DNA from: Calditrichota bacterium
Lineage (GTDB): Bacteria; Caldisericota; Caldisericia; UBA6126
Length of the DNA: 64,000 bases
Direction of reading: 5' to 3'
Assembly: GCA_036725105.1 (NCBI GenBank)
Contig: DAIMET010000005.1
Span: forward strand, 117-64,116
Positions 29,912 through 37,666 of this stretch are shown here, one piece after another. The translations under genes were made by a program, and so were the position numbers. The notes under the pieces are model-generated. The model was not told the DNA's origin. It saw only the letters and a list, made by a program, of their open reading frames with translations, and searched no databases. Position 1 is the first letter of the stretch; every line of letters starts with the position of its first letter.

Positions 29912-31374
29912 CGGTCCCTCCTACGAAGCTGGGGAAACAATAGTACATCGCGTATGGATTCGCATCCTGTAAGAATCATCACGATACGGTCGATACCAAA
30001 ACCCAGCCCTCCTGTAGGTGGTAGTCCAAATTTTAAAGCCTCGATATAGGAACGATCAAAAGTATGTGCTTCTTCGTCACCGTGTTGTCTTGCATCACTT
30101 TGGGCTAAAAATCTTTCTTGTTGATCAACAGGATCATTAAGCTCAGTGAATGCATTTCCCACTTCCAAAGAACCCATGATTAACTGAAAACGTTCTACCC
30201 ATTGCGAATCTTGTGATGTTTTCTTTGCTAAAGGAGAAAGTGGTAGTGGGTACTCATACAAGAAAGTTGGATCCGTTAAATTTGGTTCCACTTTCTTTTT
30301 TAACACTTCATCAACAATATTGGCCCAGCTCATATGCTTATCAACATGGATTTTCTCGTTACGTAGGTACTCTTTTGCGTATTGTTCATCCTGCAATTTG
30401 TGAATATCAACATGAGCATAACAATCAAATGCTTCTGCTAGTTTCATTCGTTTGAAAGGAGCAGAGAGATGAATGGTCTTCCCGCGATACTCTATGACAT
30501 CTTTGTGTAAAACATGATCACGTATTCCTATAAGAAGCTTTTCGGCAATATCCATCATGGTTTCATAATTGCCATAGGCTTCGTACAATTCCATCAGAGT
30601 AAACTCAGGATTATGATTGATGGATATACCTTCATTTCGATATGCTTTACCGATTTCAAAAACTTTATCGAATCCCCCTATAATCAAGCGCTTCAAATAC
30701 AATTCCGGGGCTATTCGAAGGTAAAAGTCTTGATCAAGAGCGTTGTGATGGGTCATAAAAGGTTTGGCTAAAGCACCTCCATAAATTTCTTGGAGAGTAG
30801 GAGTTTCAACTTCCATGTACCCTTCTTGATGTAATGTTTCACGAATGGATCGGAGAATATCGGAACGCATACGAAATGTATTACGGACGTCTTCGTTCAT
30901 GATCAGGTCTAAATATCTTTGTCGATAACGAACTTCAATATTTTCAATTCCGTGAAACTTTTCTGGGAGAGGAGATAATGCTTTGGATAACAATTCACAT
31001 TTTGAGACACTAACAGTAGTCTCGCCAGTGTGGGTTTTAAAAACCTCCCCTGTAACGCCGATAATATCACCTACATTAATTCTTTTCTTTACGAGTTGAA
31101 ATGTAGCTTCATCAAGATTATCTTTGCGGAAATAAATCTGAATTTTCGTTCCACCTGATAAAAGATGAGCAAAGCCAGCTTTACCGTGGAGCCTTTTAGT
31201 AACAACTCTTCCAGCAATAGTAACAGTTTGATTTTCAAGTGTTGAGAAATTTGATAGAACATCTACTGCTTGGTGAGTAGGAAAATACTTTAAAGGATAA
31301 GGATCTGTCCCTTCTTCGCGTAATTCTTGTAGAAGAGCAAGTGTTTCGGTATCAAATAGATTCTGATCTGACAT
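29908..31374 (-). CDS. lysS: Lysine--tRNA ligase (class II)
   Basis: OB-fold N-terminus (VTIAGRVVTKRLHGKAGFAHL) and class II motifs (YRNEGISINHNPEFTLMELY, GGLGFGIDRIVMILT). It has the conserved greA-lysS adjacency. Confidence 0.95.
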   Translation of the reverse strand: MSDQNLFDTETLALLQELREEGTDPYPLKYFPTHQAVDVLSNFSTLENQTVTIAGRVVTKRLHGKAGFAHLLSGGTKIQIYFRKDNLDEATFQLVKKRINVGDIIGVTGEVFKTHTGETTVSVSKCELLSKALSPLPEKFHGIENIEVRYRQRYLDLIMNEDVRNTFRMRSDILRSIRETLHQEGYMEVETPTLQEIYGGALAKPFMTHHNALDQDFYLRIAPELYLKRLIIGGFDKVFEIGKAYRNEGISINHNPEFTLMELYEAYGNYETMMDIAEKLLIGIRDHVLHKDVIEYRGKTIHLSAPFKRMKLAEAFDCYAHVDIHKLQDEQYAKEYLRNEKIHVDKHMSWANIVDEVLKKKVEPNLTDPTFLYEYPLPLSPLAKKTSQDSQWVERFQLIMGSLEVGNAFTELNDPVDQQERFLAQSDARQHGDEEAHTFDRSYIEALKFGLPPTGGLGFGIDRIVMILTGCESIRDVLLFPQLRRRDR

Positions 31375-32138
31375 TAAGACTCCTTTTTCCGTATCTCCAC
31401 TAATCGATATCGTACTGCTCCTATAGGGAGTACAACTCGAATCACATTCCCTACTTGATGACCAAGTAAGGCACTTCCTAATGGAGAAAGATTTGATATT
31501 GCATTTGTAAAGGGATCTGCTTCTAAAACAGATACGATTTTGAAGGTTTGTTTTTCTTTTGATTCAATACTCTCTATGACAACGCTGTGGCCCATACGAA
31601 CTGTTTCGCTATTGTCATCGTTATTGTCTTCATCTACAATGATGGATTTACGAAGCATATTTTCAAGTTCAGAAATGCGGATTTCAACTACTGCCTGTTC
31701 TCTTTTGGCATCTTCATATTCGGAGTTTTCACTTAAATCTCCCAATGCTCGGGCTTGTCGAATCCTTTCAGATATCTCTGCCCTTTTGACGGTTTTAAGT
31801 TCCTTTAACTCGCTTTTTAGGATTTCGAGACCTCGTTTGGTTAACTTAAAACCGTCACTTTCTTTTTCCTTATACCCAGATGAAATATCAACCGTAGAAG
31901 TTTTACTGGCTTTGGGTACAGTTTTGGTGTCGGTAGAAGTTTTTGTTTTTTTTGCAGTAGATTTAGATTCTGTTGGTTTTTTTTCAGCAGTAGTAGGTGT
32001 TTTTTCTTCTAGTTTTTCTTCTTTTTTAACTTTTGTGCTTTTAGGAGCACATTTGGTAGTCTTTTTCTTCGAAGTAGAAGTGCTTTTCTTTTTCGATGCT
32101 TTTTTGGCAATCGTCTTTTTTTCTTCTTTTTCTGTCAT
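31374..32138 (-). CDS. greA: Transcription elongation factor GreA with a ~96-aa Lys/Thr/Ser-rich N-terminal extension
   Basis: The C-terminal 158 aa align by eye with GreA (LTKRGLEILKSELKELK...ALGDLSENSEYEDAKREQ...). The N-terminus reads MTEKEEKKTIAKKASKKKSTSTSKKKTTK.... There is no internal ATG, GTG or TTG before the core. An AAGGAG SD lies inside the upstream gene's end. Confidence 0.9.
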   Translation of the reverse strand: MTEKEEKKTIAKKASKKKSTSTSKKKTTKCAPKSTKVKKEEKLEEKTPTTAEKKPTESKSTAKKTKTSTDTKTVPKASKTSTVDISSGYKEKESDGFKLTKRGLEILKSELKELKTVKRAEISERIRQARALGDLSENSEYEDAKREQAVVEIRISELENMLRKSIIVDEDNNDDNSETVRMGHSVVIESIESKEKQTFKIVSVLEADPFTNAISNLSPLGSALLGHQVGNVIRVVLPIGAVRYRLVEIRKKES

Positions 32139-33052
32139 TAGACATCTCCTTCATCAGATAATTTGATAATTCTTGGTTGAATAGGATATTGTTGAAACAA
32201 GTCCATAAAATCTTCAATAGGAATTTGATCAGGGGATTTTTGAAAATGAGCACAAACACAAGCCTCTAAAACATTCGTTCCAAACGAACGACCCTGAAAT
32301 TCAGGAGTCACGGAGATCACATATCGCACACCTCGATCTTTCAAGATGTTAATTTCTTCTTCCGTTAATGTATTAGTAATAATGGTTTTGCCTTCCATAG
32401 AATCAGGAAGATGCTTATAGATCAAATGAAAATCTCCCGCAATAATATCTGCACTATCATAGGCTTTTTTGTATTTTGGTACAATGATATCTTGATCTTT
32501 AACGGGATATAGCCATTGAAAGGGTACTTTTACTAATATGGGCCAAGCTACATAAGCAATAAAATTCATCCATTTCTCGCTATCCATAGCATCGTTCCCA
32601 ATTCCAAGTCCGAAAGCAACATCACCCCAGCGAACATGAAAGCCTTCTTTCTGAAATGCTTTATATAGAAAATAGCGGGAAGTGGCAGAAGGTATCATGA
32701 CAACTTGGTCAGGATGAATGATTCCTTGCTCAACAAGAGTATGGACACTCATAGCTTCTAGAGTGCTTTTTACTTTTGAACCATCTGCAACTGGAGTTTG
32801 CTTGACATTTCGAATAACAGCAGAGGCATCTTTAAAACGGTATGTTTTATGTCCATAATGAACCCATAAATCAAAACCTCCCATACCAAATGCATCTACT
32901 TTTCCATCATATGACTCATATAGTTCTTTAAGTTTCTTTTTATCACCATCGGTGCCAATTCTTTGAACTTGGAAATCTTCACCAAACAAAGAAACATCTG
33001 CAACATGGTCTCTTCGAGAAGATCCCATGCTTAAACTCAATACTTTTTTCAT
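32138..33052 (-). CDS. Conserved protein of unknown function. From memory, relatives are often auto-annotated as quinate 5-dehydrogenase; I have not verified this.
   Basis: 304-aa ORF beginning MKKVLSLSMGSSRRDHVADVSLFGEDFQVQRIGTDGD. It is joined to greA by a TAATG junction. Confidence 0.5.
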   Translation of the reverse strand: MKKVLSLSMGSSRRDHVADVSLFGEDFQVQRIGTDGDKKKLKELYESYDGKVDAFGMGGFDLWVHYGHKTYRFKDASAVIRNVKQTPVADGSKVKSTLEAMSVHTLVEQGIIHPDQVVMIPSATSRYFLYKAFQKEGFHVRWGDVAFGLGIGNDAMDSEKWMNFIAYVAWPILVKVPFQWLYPVKDQDIIVPKYKKAYDSADIIAGDFHLIYKHLPDSMEGKTIITNTLTEEEINILKDRGVRYVISVTPEFQGRSFGTNVLEACVCAHFQKSPDQIPIEDFMDLFQQYPIQPRIIKLSDEGDV

Positions 33053-33088
33053 GATGTACCTATATTTCTAATGAATCTCGCACGATAA

Positions 33089-34084
33089 TTATACATGAAA
33101 AAAAGTGCTTTGATAATTCCTGAGAATTCGAAAAAGTGACTCACTGTCTTTTGCTTTGTTTACTTGATCTCGAACAGATCCTGACTTGGGTAATCCTCGT
33201 AAATAATCATGAATCGGTCTGCGCATTTCACGAATTGCTTGATTTTCTCCTTTTAGTGAAATTTCAAGCTGAATATGCTCCTGTAAGGTATCAAATATCA
33301 ATGCAGAAGAAGGCTTTCTGTAATCTACGATTCTAGGGTCTTCGCCATTGTAAATATCTAGAACATCTTGAAAAAACCATGGTTTTCCCAAACAAGCTCT
33401 TCCTATCATAACAGCATCCGCTTTGGTATATGATAGAATCTCCAGAACATCGCTGGGTTTTTTTATGCCCCCATTTGCACAAACTGGGATCGTGACCATT
33501 TCTTTTGTTCTTGCAATCTCATCCCAATCCCTGCTACCTTTGGAGTTTTGTTTCACGGTTGCTCCATGAATTGCAATAGCAGCAATTCCCTCCTGTTCTG
33601 CAATCTTGGCGACAGAAGATGCAATTGGTTGATTAGGGCGGTACCCTACTCTGGTTTTGACAGTAACAGGTATAGAAACTGCATTCACAATAGTTCGGAA
33701 CAGTAAAGGAAGTTGTGAAAGATCGGACAACAATTCTCCTCCACTACCGCTTCTGGCTATTTTCGGAGCAGGACAACCCATATTAATATCGATCATATCA
33801 TAGCCAAGTTCTTCTCCCATTTTTGCAGCTTGAGCCATTTTTTCGGGATAAGCACCAAAAATCTGAAGGGCAACGGGGTGCTCTTCTGGGTAAAATCGAA
33901 GCATGTCAATAGTTTTTTGGTTTTGGAAGCACATCCCTAAGCTGGTAATCAATTCTGTAATCACCAACCCTGCTCCAAAACGTCTGCAGATTTTTCGAAA
34001 AGGGGCATCGGTATACCCCGCCATTGGTGCTAAAACAAGATTATTTTGGAAGGAGAGGTTGCGTATCTTCCACGTTTTTTTCAT
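33089..34084 (-). CDS. dusB: tRNA-dihydrouridine synthase
   Basis: LVLAPMAGYTDAPFRKICRRFGAGLVITE and DINMGCPAPK, with a TIM-barrel FMN pattern. Confidence 0.9.
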   Translation of the reverse strand: MKKTWKIRNLSFQNNLVLAPMAGYTDAPFRKICRRFGAGLVITELITSLGMCFQNQKTIDMLRFYPEEHPVALQIFGAYPEKMAQAAKMGEELGYDMIDINMGCPAPKIARSGSGGELLSDLSQLPLLFRTIVNAVSIPVTVKTRVGYRPNQPIASSVAKIAEQEGIAAIAIHGATVKQNSKGSRDWDEIARTKEMVTIPVCANGGIKKPSDVLEILSYTKADAVMIGRACLGKPWFFQDVLDIYNGEDPRIVDYRKPSSALIFDTLQEHIQLEISLKGENQAIREMRRPIHDYLRGLPKSGSVRDQVNKAKDSESLFRILRNYQSTFFHV

Positions 34085-34835
34085 AAATCGATAGTAATCC
34101 TTTCAGGTTTAAAATTGGATCAATGATGTCAATTTCAGGAACGCCTTGAGCAATATCTCTGCATAATCCCCCGCAACCAATTACATAGGCAGGTGAATCT
34201 GGTATTTCTTTTTGAAATCCTTCTATCATTGTTCGAACCAAGCCTTGGAAACCATAAAAAATCCCAGATTGAAGAGACTCTTTTGTGTTCCGTCCTATAT
34301 AACTTCTTGGCTTTTTAATCTCAATACGAGGTAATTTTGCTGTATTCATGAAAAGAGATTCTGCAGATCGAATCATTCCAGGAGATATGGCGACACCAAG
34401 AAGTTCTTTTTTTGATGATATGGCTGAAAACACAGTAGCAGTACCAAAACTAATCACAATAGCGGGTAGTCGACCTAAAAAAACAGCTCCAGCAGCACCT
34501 GCGATAATATCTGCACCTACTTCTTTAGGATTCTCAGCCAGAATTACTATCCCCGTTTTTACTCCAGGTTGTATAAACAAGGGTTGGATATGGAAATATC
34601 GTTGCGCTAATGATTCAAAGATTGGGTTCAGTGGTGGAACCACCGAACATATGACGATATCTTTAACAGATGAAATCGTGAATCCGGATCGCATACAAAA
34701 CATCTCTAACAGGAGAATGTATTCGTCAGAAGTTTTTCCCCGATCTGTTGCAATTTTAAAAAAATGAGTGATGGTCCGCTTCTTTGCAAAACCAAATTTA
34801 ATATTCGTGTTGCCTACATCAATTGTCAAAACCAT
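34041..34835 (-). CDS. coaX: Type III pantothenate kinase
   Basis: MVLTIDVGNTNIKFGF (ASKHA phosphate-1 motif) and VISFGTATV. The track start at 34847 is TTG; I prefer the ATG at 34835. It overlaps the dus start by 44 nt. Confidence 0.85.
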   Translation of the reverse strand: MVLTIDVGNTNIKFGFAKKRTITHFFKIATDRGKTSDEYILLLEMFCMRSGFTISSVKDIVICSVVPPLNPIFESLAQRYFHIQPLFIQPGVKTGIVILAENPKEVGADIIAGAAGAVFLGRLPAIVISFGTATVFSAISSKKELLGVAISPGMIRSAESLFMNTAKLPRIEIKKPRSYIGRNTKESLQSGIFYGFQGLVRTMIEGFQKEIPDSPAYVIGCGGLCRDIAQGVPEIDIIDPILNLKGLLSIYEKNVEDTQPLLPK

Positions 34836-34896
34836 TGCAAAATCCAATCCAATGAAAGTTGCGAATTATTCATCATAAAGCAATCTTCTTTCTTGG

Positions 34897-35487
34897 TTAT
34901 TTTCCTAGATACGGTATAGTAAAAATATATTTTAACGGATACAAAGCAGCAACAACAGCAGAACAAATAAAAGCAGCAGCTACTGCTTCAATAGAAGCTG
35001 GAATGATGCTTGCATAAACAACTGCTAAATTTGCTTCAATTGATTCACCAAACAATCGAAAAATTGTAGCCAAACCTAAAGTAAATACAGTATTTGTGAG
35101 AGATCCTGCTACAGCAGCAACAGAAGAGGGGAAGATAGTGTGTTGAACTCCAGTTTTTTGTTTGTTACGAGCCGAGAAAGCAACAAGTCCTATAAAGACA
35201 TAATAGGCCACAACTCCAATAAACATTTTTGCGGGAACCACGATCCAAAATGGAAATCCAAGCATAGATGTAAAAATACCAAATATAACACCACAAATTA
35301 ATGCAATATCGGGGCCAAATAAAATGCCCGCTAAAATAACGGGAATATGAAAAATAGTTGCTGCAATGGTTGGAGTACCTATTGGGATGAATCCCCATCC
35401 AGTAAAACCTAACAATAAAGTGATTGCAATCAGTAAGGCAGCCAATGTAATTCGTCGCGTCCCCGTAATCATAGTATTCTGAACCAT
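34897..35487 (-). CDS. ECF-transporter S (substrate-capture) component. Adjacency to coaX suggests a pantothenate (PanT-like) role.
   Basis: About 196 aa with 5-6 predicted TM helices (ITLAALLIAITLLLGF, IFHIPVILAGILFGP, ...). The start is the ATG at 35487 (GGAG 6 nt upstream) rather than the track start at 35532. The substrate assignment rests on context only. Confidence 0.55.
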   Translation of the reverse strand: MVQNTMITGTRRITLAALLIAITLLLGFTGWGFIPIGTPTIAATIFHIPVILAGILFGPDIALICGVIFGIFTSMLGFPFWIVVPAKMFIGVVAYYVFIGLVAFSARNKQKTGVQHTIFPSSVAAVAGSLTNTVFTLGLATIFRLFGESIEANLAVVYASIIPASIEAVAAAFICSAVVAALYPLKYIFTIPYLGK

Positions 35488-35574
35488 AGTACACTCCAAT
35501 CCTTTCTGGTATCGGGTAGATCCATATATCAAAATTGACTAGCAGACTTTTTTCAAAGTTCCACCTTGCAAAAC

Positions 35575-35603
35575 ATTTTAAATTCAGTATCATATTTTTG
35601 CAA
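35575..35603 (-). promoter_or_regulatory. Candidate sigma-70 promoter for the S-component/coaX/dus operon
   Basis: On the minus strand, TTGCAA (35603..35598), a 17-nt spacer, then TAAAAT (35580..35575). This lies about 88 nt upstream of the ATG at 35487. Confidence 0.35.
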
Positions 35604-35673
35604 CGGTTTACGTTTACTATGTTTTCGCATGGATTCGTTTAAAGCCGAAATTTTATAGAAAGGCAAGTAACAT

Positions 35674-35916
35674 ATGAATAGTATTGCAACCATCCGAACA
35701 ATCGTAACAGCGCTTGTTTTCATTTCCTCTGCTGGCATTATATTAGGATACTTGCTGCAAGCACCAAAAGCATCTGGTCTTGGCGCTATTTCTGGTAATG
35801 CTACTGTTTATAAATCAAGAAGACCCCTTGATTTATTTTTAGATAAAGTTATTCTATGGTCTGGCATTTTATTTGGGGTTTCTACTCTCATCCTTGCCGT
35901 CCTTAGAACCGGTTAA
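35674..35916 (+). CDS. secG: Preprotein translocase subunit SecG
   Basis: 80 aa with two TM helices. LLQAPKASGLGAISGNA and PLDLFLDKVI align by eye with B. subtilis SecG (LLQSSKSAGLSGAISGG, GLDLILHRIT). A tRNA-Leu gene follows, as in E. coli secG-leuU. Confidence 0.85.
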   Translation: MNSIATIRTIVTALVFISSAGIILGYLLQAPKASGLGAISGNATVYKSRRPLDLFLDKVILWSGILFGVSTLILAVLRTG

Positions 35917-35959
35917 ATTACACTTTAACTGTTCCTTGAAAACTGAATATTGGACATAC

Positions 35960-36041
35960 GCCGAGGTGGCGAAATTGGTAGACGCGCACGCTTGAGGGGC
36001 GTGTGGAGAGATCCTTGTGGGTTCGAGTCCCACTCTCGGCA
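35960..36041 (+). tRNA. tRNA-Leu(GAG), class II with a long variable arm
   Basis: Hand-folded. Acceptor GCCGAGG/TCTCGGC. Anticodon stem CACGC/GCGTG with loop TTGAGGG. T arm GTGGG-TTCGAGT-CCCAC. No encoded CCA. Confidence 0.9.
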
Positions 36042-36047
36042 GAATAA

Positions 36048-36122
36048 GGGCGGATAGTTCAGTGGTAGAACGCCTCGCTTACACCGAGGAAGTCGTAGGT
36101 TCAAATCCTGCTTCGCCCACCA
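36048..36122 (+). tRNA. tRNA-Val(TAC)
   Basis: Acceptor GGGCGGA/TTCGCCC. D arm GTTC-AGTGGTA-GAAC. Anticodon loop CTTACAC. T loop TTCAAAT. CCA is encoded. Confidence 0.9.
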
Positions 36123-36129
36123 TTATTAT

Positions 36130-36203
36130 GGGGTCGTGGTGTAGCGGTTTAACACGCCAGCCTGTCACGCTGGAGACCGGGAGTTCGAATCTCCTCGATC
36201 CCG
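36130..36203 (+). tRNA. tRNA-Asp(GTC), copy 1
   Basis: Acceptor GGGGTCG/CGATCCC. Anticodon stem CCAGC/GCTGG with loop CTGTCAC. T loop TTCGAAT. Confidence 0.9.
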
Positions 36204-36212
36204 CTTTTTTAT

Positions 36213-36285
36213 GCCGAGATAGCTCAGTCGGTAGAGCAATGGACTGAAAATCCATGTGTCGATGGTTCGATTCCATCTCTCGGCA
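36213..36285 (+). tRNA. tRNA-Phe(GAA)
   Basis: Acceptor GCCGAGA/TCTCGGC. D arm GCTC-AGTCGGTA-GAGC. Anticodon loop CTGAAAA. T loop TTCGATT. Confidence 0.9.
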
Positions 36286-36334
36286 CTTTTTTCCTTATTC
36301 TTGTCTTCGTATGTCTAAATCAGTACTCTATCAC

Positions 36335-36408
36335 GGGGTCGTGGTGTAGCGGTTTAACACGCCAGCCTGTCACGCTGGAGACCGGGAGTTCGAATCTCCT
36401 CGATCCCG
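36335..36408 (+). tRNA. tRNA-Asp(GTC), copy 2 (identical to copy 1)
   Basis: 79 nt are identical to 36130..36208, covering the tRNA plus CTTTT. It ends 3 nt from the mutY stop codon. Confidence 0.9.
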
Positions 36409-36411
36409 CTT

Positions 36412-37539
36412 TTATCTCAGAAGTTCTTCAACTTTTCTAAAAAAACGAGAAATTGGATAATTCTTAGTTTCTTGTTTCTTCACCCAAAAAAATTCTTTCT
36501 TCTTTTCTTTTTTTCCAGAATTATCTTGACCTGTTACATATTCACTTGATGCTTCTCTCAATCCATGAACAGGAATATCATCTTGCAGAAGTTTTATGCA
36601 ATATACCTTACTATTCCAAATCTGGTGAGAGTACTCATGCTTCACTTTTCCTTGATACTCTACACTATACGAGGTAAAAATTCCTCTTGTGTGAAGAAAA
36701 AGTTTCAAACTTTTTACGAAATCCTTTTTTGATGTTAGAGGAAAAACAGGAAATTCATACAAATCCGCTAACAGGCCGGTTTCTTGGCGTTTTGCAATCA
36801 GAATGTTATCCTGTTGTTCAATGACTGCGACTAAAATGTCTAGTACCGGACTTTTGGATTTTTCTTTTTTTACTGGTAAGTTATTCTGATTCCCATCAAT
36901 ATAAGCACTGCAATTTGACGATATGGGGCAAATATCGCATATAGGTTGCTTGGGAACGCATAAAAGAGAACCGAACTCCATAAGGGCTTCTGTAAAGTTT
37001 CTTGCCTGACCAGCTGGAACAAGCTCTTGTAAGTACAATCTAACATTTTTGACGAATGCGGGACTTTTTATGTCTGAAGCATCGTTCTTCAACCGACTTA
37101 TGAATCTCAAAACATTACCATCAACTGCTGGGTATGACCGATTATATGCTAAGCTCATAATAGCACTGGCGGTATAATCTCCTATTCCTGGAAGTTGTAC
37201 AAGTTCTTTATAGGTGTTTGGAAAAACTCCATAATACTTTTGCAGAATCATTTTTGCTGTCAAATGCATATTTTTTGCTCTAGAATAATACCCCAGGCCT
37301 TCCCATAATCTATATAAATCCTCTAATGAAGATTCTGCTAGAGATTCCACAGTTGAATAGTGTTCAAGAAAACGATTGTAATACGGTATTACTGCATTTA
37401 CGCGCGTTTGTTGTAACATGATTTCAGAAATCCATACTTTGTAAGGAGATCGATCTTTTCTCCAGGGCAAATCTCGTTTATTTTTCTGAAACCACTCTAG
37501 AATATCCTGAACCCAAGGTTCACTAGTATTTTTTTTCAT
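36412..37539 (-). CDS. mutY: A/G-specific adenine DNA glycosylase
   Basis: LPWRKDRSPYKVWISEIMLQQTRV, the HhH-GPD motif LPGIGDYTASAI, and the 4Fe-4S cluster CVPKQPICDICPISSNC. A C-terminal NUDIX-like domain is present. I prefer the ATG at 37539 over the TTG at 37563. Confidence 0.9.
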   Translation of the reverse strand: MKKNTSEPWVQDILEWFQKNKRDLPWRKDRSPYKVWISEIMLQQTRVNAVIPYYNRFLEHYSTVESLAESSLEDLYRLWEGLGYYSRAKNMHLTAKMILQKYYGVFPNTYKELVQLPGIGDYTASAIMSLAYNRSYPAVDGNVLRFISRLKNDASDIKSPAFVKNVRLYLQELVPAGQARNFTEALMEFGSLLCVPKQPICDICPISSNCSAYIDGNQNNLPVKKEKSKSPVLDILVAVIEQQDNILIAKRQETGLLADLYEFPVFPLTSKKDFVKSLKLFLHTRGIFTSYSVEYQGKVKHEYSHQIWNSKVYCIKLLQDDIPVHGLREASSEYVTGQDNSGKKEKKKEFFWVKKQETKNYPISRFFRKVEELLR

Positions 37540-37666
37540 ATATTGAGTACACCTAACTTTCAATGAATGGACAAAGGTTCCATTTCATTGTACCTTTTTA
37601 GATTAGATTTTCTTTCTAATTTCATTATCCTATTAGTGGTTTCAACTGTAGAAAGGATAACTACCT

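Noticed and set aside
31540-32166. A 208-aa antisense ORF covering almost all of greA.
   Set aside because: Its Leu/Ser/Phe-rich product is what the reverse complement of a Lys/Glu/Thr-rich gene yields. It has no SD, and the sense strand has clear GreA homology.
35165-35593. A 142-aa alternative-frame ORF overlapping the ECF S-component gene. Similar same-strand alternate-frame ORFs occur at 10942..11379, 14409..14807, 16275..16613 and 58543..58941.
   Set aside because: Each is nested in a longer ORF with a recognisable family or topology. They are low-complexity translations without start signals.
36017-36276. Track ORFs 36017..36247 (+, 76 aa) and 36079..36276 (-, 65 aa).
   Set aside because: They lie entirely across the tRNA-Leu/Val/Asp/Phe genes. 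The open frames are a by-product of GC-rich structured RNA genes.
37540-37666. A possible purine riboswitch or PurR box upstream of purF; an imperfect inverted repeat AATGAATGGA...TCCATTTCATT lies at about 37562..37589.
   Set aside because: I could not fit the conserved purine-riboswitch core (three-way junction with the U/C-specifying loop sequences) or a PurBox. The repeat is short and AT-rich. A covariance-model scan would be needed.
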